Of a DNA stretch of 64,000 nucleotides, positions 1 to 10,746 are shown in pieces. This DNA comes from Welwitschia mirabilis (lineage: Eukaryota). Numbering within the stretch: the stretch's first letter is position 1; each line of letters opens with the position of its first letter. The position numbers were made by a program, and so were the translations under genes. The stretch is taken from positions 5,874,382 to 5,938,381 of the forward strand of contig JBOZIK010000001.1 in the NCBI GenBank assembly GCA_051453625.1. The letters run 5' to 3'. Below the pieces are notes generated by a model, which saw nothing but the letters and a program-made list of their open reading frames with translations, was not told the DNA's origin and did not search any database.

Positions 1-1
1 A

Positions 2-130
2 GCACACTGCTTTCTTCTCAAACTTTTCAGAAAACTTGTCAATATCCTTCTCTAACATTCCTTAGTAGAAGATAGCTAGATCCCTGGAAGGAGCCTCCTT
101 CATTTTTCTCCTGGATGAACTTTTAGCCAT
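2..130 (-). pseudogene. Start of a decayed extra (env-like) ORF of the Sirevirus-like element
   Basis: ATG at 130 gives MAKSSSRRKMKEAPSRDLAIFY*GMLEKDIDKFSEKFEKKAVC, continuing in frame off the window edge. It is preceded by CCTATAAAAG near 277-268. The env-like identity is inferred from position only. Confidence 0.35.
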
Positions 131-636
131 TTCAGAACTTTGCAAGCAAAAAGACTGAGAGAAAAACACTAGATCTAGAAGCAAAGCTTTGGATCTTAAA
201 AGAACAGTACTAGATCTGAGAGCTGGAGATGGCCAGAACACAATAAAATTGATTTAGGGTTCTCTTTCTTTTATAGGCTATGCGAAATAAGGTGAAATGA
301 AGAAAGAAATGGAGTCCACTAATAGTACTTTTACACTGTGATCTGTCAGGTCTAGTTAATAGCTTAAGATTTGAAGACCTATCAAGATGTAATTCTATAG
401 TACTGGAAGGAGTCAGGGCGACTGGGCTTGCAGGCTAGTCGACTGACCACATCTAGTCAACCGAATCATAGATCTGGCCAACTACCATGCAATCAGCCAA
501 AGGATAGAGACTGAAGCCCTAGATCATTTTCATGATTGACAATTAAGTTATAGACATGGGATGTTACATCAGAATTCTCTAGAAAATGTTCAGTTTTAGT
601 AAGATTTAGACAAACATCATAGGTTGCATAAAATAA

Positions 637-954
637 CTAATTGATCAATTTAGTATCTATTCTATAAATATTATCCACTTGTCTAGTAGAAAAGATAGAT
701 ACATTTGTTTTCTCATCTACAACTTTGCATTTTAATTTTTTAAAAATTACTTTATCACCTTTATCACATAATTGACTCACACTTAATAAATTATATTTCA
801 ATCTATTTATATAAAGTACATCATCAATTTTAGGCAACTTACCTTCCTTGATACATCCTTTACCTTCTTTCTTTACTTTTTCGTTATTTCCAAAAATGAC
901 TTCTCCTCCATTTGTACTCCTCAAGTATTGAAAGCTGAATTTTTCTCTTGACAC
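637..954 (-). pseudogene. Copia pol aspartic-protease (beta-barrel) fragment
   Basis: GGEVIFGNN...G.G.I...I.DVLYINRLKYNLLSVSQLCDKG matches the copia region just after the DSG motif. The catalytic motif itself falls in the N gap. Confidence 0.85.
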
Positions 955-1689
955 ATACCNNNNNNNNNNNNNNNNNNNNNNNNNNNNNNNNNNNNNNNNN
1001 NNNNNNNNNNNNNNNNNNNNNNNNNNNNNNNNNNNNNNNNNNNNNNNNNNNNNNNNNNNNNNNNNNNNNNNNNNNNNNNNNNNNNNNNNNNNNNNNNNNN
1101 NNNNNNNNNNNNNNNNNNNNNNNNNNNNNNNNNNNNNNNNNNNNNNNNNNNNNNNNNNNNNNNNNNNNNNNNNNNNNNNNNNNNNNNAATTACATGAAAG
1201 TTTAGAAGCATACTTACTCTTCCAGTTTACCTATTCTTGAGATTTTTGCAAACTAAAGCCAATACTTGATCTATTTCCAGTGAGTTTTCATACTTTAAGT
1301 ATTTGTTCCAATTTAGAAGAGCTACCAGAGAATTTATTTACAAAAAAAAAAAAAAGATATTTTCTTGAGAAATTAGACTGGTGTTGTTAGATTTTAGCAC
1401 ATTATATTTCTCTTTCAATTCTTTGTTTTNNNNNNNNNNNNNNNNNNNNNNNNNNNNNNNNNNNNNNNNNNNNNNNNNNNNNNNNNNNNNNNNNNNNNNN
1501 NNNNNNNNNNNNNNNNNNNNNNNNNNNNNNNNNNNNNNNNNNNNNNNNNNNNNNNNNNNNNNNNNNNNNNNNNNNNNNNNNNNNNNNNNNNNNNNNNNNN
1601 NNNNNNNNNNNNNNNNNNNNNNNNNNNNNNNNNNNNNNNNNNNNNNNNNNNNNNNNNNNNNNNNNNNNTCTTCATTATTCCATGTAGCA

Positions 1690-2632
1690 ATGAATGAAGG
1701 ATTCTTTGATTTTCTATTATCTCTCTTTATGTTGGGGCACTAATTTGCCATATGACCAAATCTTTTACATGAATAGCATTGGATCTCTTTACCCTTTTCT
1801 TACTCCTTTCTATGTTTTAGATGACTCCTTTTTGCATTTCTACTTAATTCTCCTTTCTTTTTCTTCCTATGAAGAAATTTTCTGGATCTTCTGGCTAGAA
1901 GAGTCATTTCATCATCATCCAAGTCCTCATCTGATCTATCATATCTATAGTCTTCCTACACACATTTTAAAGCAATACCTTTCTTCTTATCCTTAATAAA
2001 TTTAGGCTTATAGGTTTTCAAATTATCTTGAACTTCTTCCAGTGCCATTGCATTAATGTTCTTGCTATCCTCGATGACCGTAACTTTTGGTTTGAATCTC
2101 TTTGGTAGGAATCTCAAGACTTTTCTTACCATTTTTATTTCCTTTATGCATTCTCCAAAGCTTGCCATTGAGTTCACAATATCAGTAAGTCTAGGAAAAA
2201 AAATTTCTGCAATGTTTCTTCTTCATCTATATGGATATCTTCAAATTTTAAAATAAGCATCTAGAGTTTTTCTTGTTTTACAGTTGATGTTTCTTTATGT
2301 GCTACTTCGAGAATGTCCCAACCTTCCTTAGCATGATTACAGTTTATTGTGCATTTGAATTCATCTATATATACTTCACAAAATATGGCATTAAAAGCAT
2401 GGGTATCTATGATGGTTTTTGACTTGTCAGCAGTGGTCCATTGATCTTAGGCTTTGAGAACTAGGATAGTATTATCATTTACATCAGTTTCGGTTAATAT
2501 AAGCACAGTGTAATCTTTGTAGATAACTTCCTCTATGTTGGAATCTAAGGATCTAAGAAATATTCTCATCCTAGCTTTCCAATAAGCATAGTTTAATCCA
2601 TCAATATAGATGGACGACTGATGAAAAACCAT
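1690..2632 (-). pseudogene. Copia gag (UBN2-type domain plus CCHC zinc knuckle), with stops and frameshifts
   Basis: DGLNYAYWKARMRIFL; KMVRKVLRFLPKRFKPKVTVIEDSKNIN; zinc knuckle IQCYSCKRFGHMAN*CP at about 1785-1735. Confidence 0.9.
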
Positions 2633-2699
2633 TAAATGGATTACTTATTTTAGGGTTCTAAGATTAAGATTGGTTAAAATCTAAAGAAGACTTAACTTA

Positions 2700-2711
2700 G
2701 CTCTGATACCA
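2700..2711 (-). promoter_or_regulatory. Primer-binding site (tRNA-iMet)
   Basis: Plus-strand gctctgatacca reads TGGTATCAGAGC on the minus strand, 2 nt after the LTR end TCA. Confidence 0.9.
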
Positions 2712-3793
2712 AATGATAGGATCAAGAACCCTAGAGGTGAGTTGGTAAATAGGTTCTTTAAAAATTCCAATATAATATTCTAAATGAATTCAATTTGAAA
2801 TAAAAACTTTCATATAAAAAGNNNNNNNNNNNNNNNNNNNNNNNNNNNNNNNNNNNNNNNNNNNNNNNNNNNNNNNNNNNNNNNNNNNNNNNNNNNNNNN
2901 NNNNNNNNNNNNNNNNNNNNNTTTTTTGCATTTCTACTTGATTTTCCTTCCTTTTTCTTTCTATGAAGAAATTTTCTAAATGATCTAATTAGAAGAGCCA
3001 CTTCATCATTGTCCAAGTCCGCATCTGATCTATTAGATCTATAGTCTTTCTACACACATTTTAAAACAATACCTTTCTTATTATCCTTAACAAATTTAAG
3101 CTCATAGTTTTGCAAATTACTTTTAAGTTCTTCTAGTGCCATTGCATTAATGTTCTTACTCTCTTTGATGGTAGTGACCTTTAGTTTAAATATCTTGGAT
3201 AGGAATCTCAAGACTTTCCTTACTATTTTTCTTTTCTCCATTTATTCTATAAGGTTTATCATTAACTTTATAATATCAGTAAGTCTGGTAAAAAATTCCT
3301 GCAATGTTTCATCTTCATCCATATGGATATCTTCAAATTACAAAATAATCATCTAGATTTTTGCTTATTTTACAATTGAGATTCCTTCATGTGTTGCTTT
3401 AAGAATGTCCCAAGATTTCTTAGCATGGTTACAGTTTACTATGCATTTGAATTCATCTATACACGCTGCACAAAATATGGCATTAAGAGCATAAGCATCT
3501 ATGGTGGCTTTGGACTTGTTAGTAGCAGTCCATTAGTCTCAGGCTTTGGAAATTAGGATAGTGTTTCCATTTACATCAGTTTGGGTTAACATAGGCACAG
3601 TATGACCTTTGTAGATGACTTCCTCTATGTCAACATCTAAGGATCTAAGAAATATTCTCACTCTAGCTTTTTAGTAAGCATAGTTCGATCCATCAAACAT
3701 AGGTGGATGATTGGTGGAAAAACCATTAAATGGATTGCTCATTTTAGGGTTCTAAGATTAAGATTGGTTAAAATATAAAGAAGACTTAACTTA

Positions 3794-3805
3794 GCTCTGA
3801 TACCA
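3794..3805 (-). promoter_or_regulatory. Primer-binding site (tRNA-iMet)
   Basis: Plus-strand gctctgatacca. Confidence 0.9.
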
Positions 3806-3807
3806 AA

Positions 3808-5270
3808 TGATAAGATTGAGAACCCTAGAGGAGAGGGGGTGGATAGATTATTTTAAAAAAAAATCCAACATAATATTCTAAATGAATCCAATCTAAGATA
3901 AAAACATGCATATAAAAATAAACTAATCTAGAATGTGCACAACATGAGAAAATAATGGAAGTAAAGAAATAAAAACTGAAAGCACAAAATTATTAATTTG
4001 ATACAAGCTAGATTTATAGTAATTTGGGAAACCTCCTACTTCACTCTCAATAATTAGCTTATTCCCAAGCCATATTTCGGATCTTCGTTACTCCACCAAG
4101 TATTCCAGGTTCACTTGTAACCTATACATATGGACTTTTCTAGGCTTAGTCTCAACCTTTAGAGTAGACTTTTCAAGGCTTAGTCTTAACCTCTAGAACA
4201 TACTTTTCAAGGCTTAGTCTCAACTTTTTACAAAGCAAGGTAGTAATGTAATGATGCCTTTAGAGCATGGATATCATTCATTCTTGAATTAGTAAATTTG
4301 ATGGAGCTCTTCTCTTAGGAATATAGATGCTAAGATACAATAGTGAAAGTCACCCCCAAATACAATGCTTAATCCTTTAGATCTAATAGATTTGTCCAAA
4401 TGAAAATAGTTCCAAAAGATTCTTTGGACATTTATGTCTTAGCTATTTGTAATGGAAGGCTTTTAGGGTTTATTACATTTGAAATGCACTTCCAATGACT
4501 ATAAATAATTAGAAAATGACTACCTTATGGATACATAATGGATACATAATGTTTAAAAAAATTTACTTTTCATTCTATCTAGTCAACCCCACAAAAATCC
4601 GGTCGACCTCATATAGTGCTGTGAGTTACATAGGTTGCATGAGTGAAAAATTCAGTTGCCTCAATTTCTTATGGCTCCATGTCTAGTTAACCCCATTTGG
4701 GTTTGGTCGACCTAGTCCAATCACCTGCTACTTTATCCGATCGTCCGCTCCTCTGATCAAATTCCTTTTTAGTTTTCCTGCATTGAGTCTAGTTGACCCC
4801 TTTAAATATTTAGTCGACCTCATAACAATCGGCTTAGGTGTACCAGCTACATAGTGCTCAGGTCCAGTTGACCCCATCATAGGTTTGGTCTACTCCTTGT
4901 CATCCAAGGGATATTGTTTATCATGTTCTCAACTCTAGTTGACTCTATAAAGGTCTAGTCGACCTTTTCTATTCAGTTCAGGGACACTGGTTTTCGAGGT
5001 TATAGGTTCGGTCGACTCCATTAAAAATCTGGTCAACCCCTCTGAATGCAGTCCATTTTCTATTTGCTTTAGGTGTAATCAACTCCTTGAAAATCTGATT
5101 GACTCCTTCTTGAGGGTAAATGAATTGACAAGTTTTTAGTACTTAGAAGTTGATAATTTCAGTTCCATCTTTTAACCTGCAAGTAATTTAACATCTTCTG
5201 CACAAGATCCATAAAATTTTCTATACAGAAAACATTAGTTTAACATCAATTAGCAAAACATAATCCAATA
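3808..5270 (-). repeat. Sirevirus-type LTR (~1.46 kb)
   Basis: 3' end ATCCACCCCCTCTCCTCTAGGG...ATCA; TATA-like TACAAATAG near 4450; array of AGTCGACC-type palindromic motifs at 4580-5110. Probable start TATTGGATTATGTTTTG at 5270 (boundary uncertain). Homologous to 14898-16310. Confidence 0.75.
4133..4228. repeat. Tandem ~30-35 bp unit x3 inside the LTR (gacttttc[t/a]aggcttagtctcaacctt)
   Basis: Directly visible. The homologous LTR at 15218-15341 has four units. Confidence 0.85.
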
Positions 5271-7964
5271 AGCTTTCTCTTGTTAAATAAGAGGCCTTCA
5301 AACTACTTAATCCTAGTGGATCTTTAACTTGTTGAAATTTTAGTTTTCTAAGCATATTTATTAGAATTCCGACAACTTAACTTGTCTATGCAACATACTG
5401 AACATCTATAACAACATTTTGAATCCTTTATCATATCATGTGAATCTTCATTACAATGTATTTTGTGTTATCATGAAATACTAAATTCTTGATCATATGG
5501 ATTGTGGAATTATTATCCACATATAGCATAGTTGCTCCTTTTTGTGAAATATTTAGAATCTTTAGTATTTTCATTTTCAAATCATGTATTTACATGTTTC
5601 AAATTTGCCACATGCTTTGTGTTAACCAATGAATCCATTATGGTGTTTTATCTTTTTAAGCTTCATGAAATGGATGAATTTCTTAATGATGTTAAGTATG
5701 TAATCCTAGATTTCCTTGTATCCTACAAACTAGAAAAATATAAATTTAAGAATGCTTTTATTTTGAAGTTTTTATCAAGCTAAAATAGCAGTTTAAGATT
5801 CTTTTTTTTAAAATAAACCTAACAACTTAATGGATATTCTGATGGATCTATTTTGATTAGTCAAATATCTTACTAATATTCTAACTACATATCCAATGTT
5901 AATCATAATAGTTGATACATAATTATAATTCCTATCAATTTTTAATACATTATCTCATTTTCATGTAGTAATTATTCATTAACGTAATTTTTAGGTTTTG
6001 TTTTATTGATATAAAGGCTACTTTTTGGATTATTAATACTAAAGTTCTCTAGTACATCACTAATGTACTTTAATTAATTTAAGAAATTTCTATTATTTTC
6101 TTAAGTTACTTTAACACTTGAGTAATACTTCATTAATCCAAAATTAGTTATTTTAAACTACTTTGCAAGATTTATTTTTATCTCCTTAATGCATTTATCA
6201 TCTTCTCTAGTGAGTAAAATATCACCCACAAATAAAATAAGAGATGTGCTTCTATCTTTTTCATGTTTGATGAATGATATAGCATTAGTATTTAAGTATG
6301 CACACACCAAATTCCATTTTTACTAAGGTATCCTTTAACTTGATGTACCATGCATATGGTGCTTACTTTAAATTATACATTGACTATTTTCATTCTCATA
6401 TATTTTCCTCTTGACTCTTCAACTTAAAGCCTTTCGCCTAACCCATGTAAATGTCCTTTTCAACATGTTCATTTAGGAATGCTCTTTTTACATCAAGATA
6501 ATGAATTTTCAAGTACTTTTCTAATCGTATTTCACTTTGTTTTTGATGTAAAGACTTTTATATATTTTACTCTATTTTTTATGTTAATCCTTCTGCAACC
6601 AATCTAGTCTTGTACTTATTAATAGTCCATCATCCTTATTTTAAAATACGTAGATATTTCTTATCACTTTCCTACCTAGCATATATCGACCAACTCCCAA
6701 GTACCATTACATATTAAAAAATAATATTTCATACTCATTGCATGTCTTTATTTTGGATCCTTCACTTCCTTCTTGAATGTTATGAGTTCATTACCATAAG
6801 TAAGATAAAGCTTTACAGAGTCTATTTTAGTATCAATACCTTTATCTTATTTTACTTAATGTATTACACTTCCTTATTAAGTGTGAAGCTATTGAGCTTT
6901 ATCTACCCTTAAATTCTTTAAAATCTAGTGTGTTGCATGATACCTTGAACCTATAAGAGTGAGATCAAAGCTTCAACTAATGTTTAATGCCTCAAATCTA
7001 CTTGAGTCTATCCTTTAAAATTTTTTGAGTTTATGTTAAGTACTAAATAAAACTCTCTTCGAGAATTAAAAAAAGTAATGTGAGGTTTAGTTTCAAATGC
7101 ATGCTTTAGGGATCTCACACCTTATGCAGCAATTAAGGAGAAATTCAAAACAATGAATTTTATTCTATCTAGTATGATAACATATTAACTAAAATTGAAA
7201 AGAATGAAATTCCAAAATTTCATATGAACTAACTGATAAAAGAATGTACACCAGGCACGTGGTAGTATGATATATGAAATCATATGGTAATTATGAAAAT
7301 TTGCAATAAAAATGTGTTTTTTTAAAAATAAAAATATTAATCTTATTCTTATCTTCTTTCTTATCCTGCTTTCGCCTAAAATCCCTTGAACACCTTGGAA
7401 TATAATGATAAGAGATATGAACCTATAGAATTAACATTTTCTTCATCAAACTTCTATAAACAATTCAAATAATTAAGAATTTTAATTTAGATGATTAAAT
7501 AAATTATCATGAAGAATGATTTACGTGAAAAACCTAACAATTTATATAAATCATTGAAAACTGTGGATCTAAAATAATAAGTTACCGAAATAAAAACTAT
7601 GATGGTAAATCTTCAACGGATTCCTCTTCATCCTTAAGGTTTAATCAAGGTTAATCAAGGCTAGTGAATTAATACAAATCCAATCTTTCTTTAATACCAT
7701 GTTGAAAGAACTACTATAAAACACAAAATGCTAAAAATAGGAATAAGTCTTTCATCTTATTACATAATATAAGCATCACACAATTAGCACCCATCATAAC
7801 TAAAATGAGATATTCACCTATATTTGAAGATAAGGATTAGGACTTCCCCAATAAGGACTAATCTCATCTTATAGTGGGGTCATTGAGCTTTTAGATTTGT
7901 TAACACTAAACTTATGACTTTCTTAAATTTTAATCTTACTAACTAAAGGCCATAAGATATCAAC
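5271..7964 (-). mobile_element. Highly decayed copia element of a different lineage (LTR remnant, RT, RNase H)
   Basis: Minus-strand KYKTRLVAEG (~6620), IHYLDVKRAFLNEHVEKDIYM (~6505-6445), LFVGDILLT (decayed YVDD, ~6235) and DNNSTIHMIKNLVFHDNTKYI (RNase H, ~5515). LTR-like TGTTGA start at 7964 and GGTTTTTCACGTAAATC near 7535. Confidence 0.75.
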
Positions 7965-8882
7965 ATTAGTATTATATTCATTTTTATTTTAAGAATTTTA
8001 TTATTATAATATATAAATTCATTTATTTATTATAAGCTAAGATTGGGAAAAAGAGGAATCAACCACATAAAAGTGGTCAATTGATCTATATTATTAAGAA
8101 TAAACTAAATTATTACATATTAGTCTAATTAAATATTTTATGTATAGAAATAAAATAAGAAAAGTTATCACACAAAAATGATATGCCTCTTGCTAATTAT
8201 TTAGAAGTTTTAATTAAGAAATTATAAGAGAACAAAGAGAAGAGATTAGTTTTGATATGTAATTAACTTTGTTTTAAAAAGGAAAAGTCTAATATTTGTA
8301 ATAAACATGAATATTTTAAAAATATATTATTAGTAAACATATACTGACTTTGACTTAGCTAAATTATTTGCTATATTTAATTAATAGTAAATAAATATTA
8401 TATTAATTAAAATAGATTCGTTATCATTTCCTAAAGAATAATAAAGAAGAACTCAAAGAAATTAATCTTATTAAAGAGCATATCAGCTTATGACAAAAAA
8501 TGATCATAATTAATAATCTTTTTATAAATGTTTATGGAAAATTTCTAATACTTTAAATTTAATTCTCCAATTATAAGTAAATTATTGTTTCATGTGATCT
8601 AATTATGTAATCTTTCTCTTCATTTTTTTCATGGGTGAACTTATGATCTTTTAGACTTAAAAAATGTAATAACTATTTAACATCTTAATGATTTTATACA
8701 TCGATCAACTCTTAGTCTATAAGGGAAATATATTAGGTATATATATATTTTTAATATTTTTTAAATGCATGAATTATAGTCTCAATGTGTCAACTCCATA
8801 ATTAAAGTTTAGGTTATTCCTCTTTTTTGTAACTAATTCATTATCATACTACTTCTTTATTAACTTTAAAATTTATAAGTGA

Positions 8883-9288
8883 ATATCATAAAATAAAGTA
8901 TCTAGCTATTGCAACTTTGTCACTACTCAATCCAAGGATTTAAAATTTTCCACTGTTGATGATCTAACAACTATTAAATATTTCTTATTATTTTACAAGA
9001 TAGGTGATCCACAGATGTATATTATGTATTTTGAAATTGATGTTCCACTTATCAAATATGGTGTTAAATATTATATATTACATTTATAATTTCTAAGTTG
9101 ATATCATAAAATAAAGCATCTAGCTATTGGAACTTTGTGATTACTCTATCCAAGAATTTAAAATTTTCCTCTACTAGTGATCTAACAATGATCAATTATC
9201 TCCTACTATTTTATAAAATAGGTGATCCACTGATGTAGATTATGTATTTTAATATTGATCTTATTCTTATCAAATATGGTGCTAAATA
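8883..9288. repeat. Diverged tandem duplication, period ~218 bp
   Basis: atatcataaaataaag.atctagctattg...ggtgatccac.gatgta...tatcaaatatggtg.taaata occurs at 8883-9069 and at 9101-9288. Confidence 0.85.
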
Positions 9289-9442
9289 CACATTACAAAA
9301 TGATTCTATAATTTTATGTATATTATTTATAGAATTATTTAATAAAAAAGTAATTCTCTCTTATTTCATAGAATTAATCTATGAAATAGATAATTTAAGG
9401 AGCAAGAGGGGTAAGAGGAGAGATAAAAATAGAGAAGAAAAT

Positions 9443-10746
9443 ATGGAGCCCTACATGCCGCTAAATGATCTAGCATGCCATTGAATGTATTATTATTTTC
9501 TTCGAGACTTCCAGAGCTTTAAATTAATAGGCATCTTAGAATTTTCTTTATCCAAAAAGTGATGGAAGAGAAGGAGCCGAATTTGGACTTTCAAGTGAAG
9601 AGAAATGGAAATGCTATTATGGTTATGCTCCCAGAGGCATATAAGAGTTGGATTATTCAAAAGTATGAAAATAGTCTTATAGGAAAATTTCTAACGGCAA
9701 AAGGAAAACCTTTTATTGATAAGGTTTGTAGATGATGTGACCAAACCTAGAAGATTCACAATCCCTATGAGGTAATCCTTCTCCATGATGGCTTAATCCA
9801 CTTCATTTTCTCTTCATCTGTTGATAAGAATAATGTTTTGGCCAATGGTCCATATTTTTTTAGAAGGAGAGGGCTTGCTCTTATTGAATGAAAGCATTTT
9901 CTCATGAAAAAGGATGATACCTTTTCAGATATTCCCTATTAGCTTCACATAGTAAACCTAGACCCAGAGATTTGTATACCAATATTTGTTCAGTAAGTGG
10001 CAAAGGCATTCGATAAAATTATTTGATTAGATATATAGATTTTAGAGTAAACTAGAATGGTGGTTGAAAGAGTTTTCATTCTTACTAGCCCTGAAAATAT
10101 GCAAACAATGGAATTAGAAGCGCACACATCATGGGGGTTGAAAACCTTCAAAATGAAATTCAAAAATGTTCTAGTTCCTTATGTTAAATGTGGTCAAGAA
10201 GGCCATAGTACAAAAGCTTATAGAATAGCCATAAAGGAGGCAAAGAAACTAGAGGAATGATAAGAAGTTAAAAAAAAAAAAGGCAAAAAGAAGGATTTAC
10301 TCGTTCTAATTGCATTTCAATGAATAGACATAATGCTTTAACAAATATTTTGGAATTCCTTCAAAAATGAGAAACAAGTGGTAATACATGCCATACATAA
10401 GATAAAGTTAATTTGGAGGAAGGCAATCATCCCTTTAATAACTTACATTCGAACAATGAAATGGTTGCGTCTACTCAAATAGATGTTAATGAAAGACATG
10501 AATCCATGAAAAATGGAGAACTGATTGTAGATATTCCCTTTGAATGACCACCAATTAAAACAAGAGTTAAAGGCCATCAAATTATAGATATGAAGGCCAA
10601 TACAACAAAAGCGAGGATGATGAGATCAAAAAATTGATTTAGTCTAACAACAATGGGGCACAAAAAAATATTGATAAAATGAAGTTGCAAGCTTTGGAGG
10701 AAATTCGTAATGGAAATCAACACACACTACATTCCTCCATTAAAAA
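9443..10746 (+). pseudogene. LINE ORF1 (DUF4283/RRM-like domain plus zinc knuckle)
   Basis: SLIGKFL...FIFSSSVDKNNVLANGPYFF (the GPW motif region, ~9850); YVKCGQEGHSTKAY is a decayed CX2CX4HX4C (~10180-10220). Confidence 0.8.

Larger units (their letters stand above)
1..2821 (-). mobile_element. Sirevirus-like (Ty1/copia) element, copy A: LTR end, PBS, gag, protease, then non-pol sequence
   Basis: PBS TGGTATCAGAGC at 2711-2700 follows an LTR end with a C-rich CTCACCTCTAGGG...ATCA motif. Gag and protease motifs lie downstream on the minus strand. Interrupted by N gaps. Confidence 0.85.
2922..5270 (-). mobile_element. Sirevirus-like element, copy B: 5' LTR, PBS and 5' part of gag
   Basis: 2922-3910 is a diverged duplicate of about 1835-2820. 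ORF KIVRKVLRFLSKIFKLKVTTIKESKNIN; PBS at 3805-3794. Confidence 0.88.

Noticed and set aside
921..1743. ORFs in the track composed mostly of X (also 2810-3016 in part, 27262-27485, 39563-39823)
   Set aside because: They are artefacts of N gaps.
1694..3356. Plus-strand ORFs 1694-1996, 2056-2256 and 3150-3356 (also 14246-14452, 16557-16994)
   Set aside because: They are antisense shadows of minus-strand copia gag or RNase H frames.
4133..5110. Regularly spaced repeats and palindromes resembling a CRISPR array
   Set aside because: The units are degenerate, lie inside a plant LTR, have no unique equal-length spacers and no cas genes nearby.
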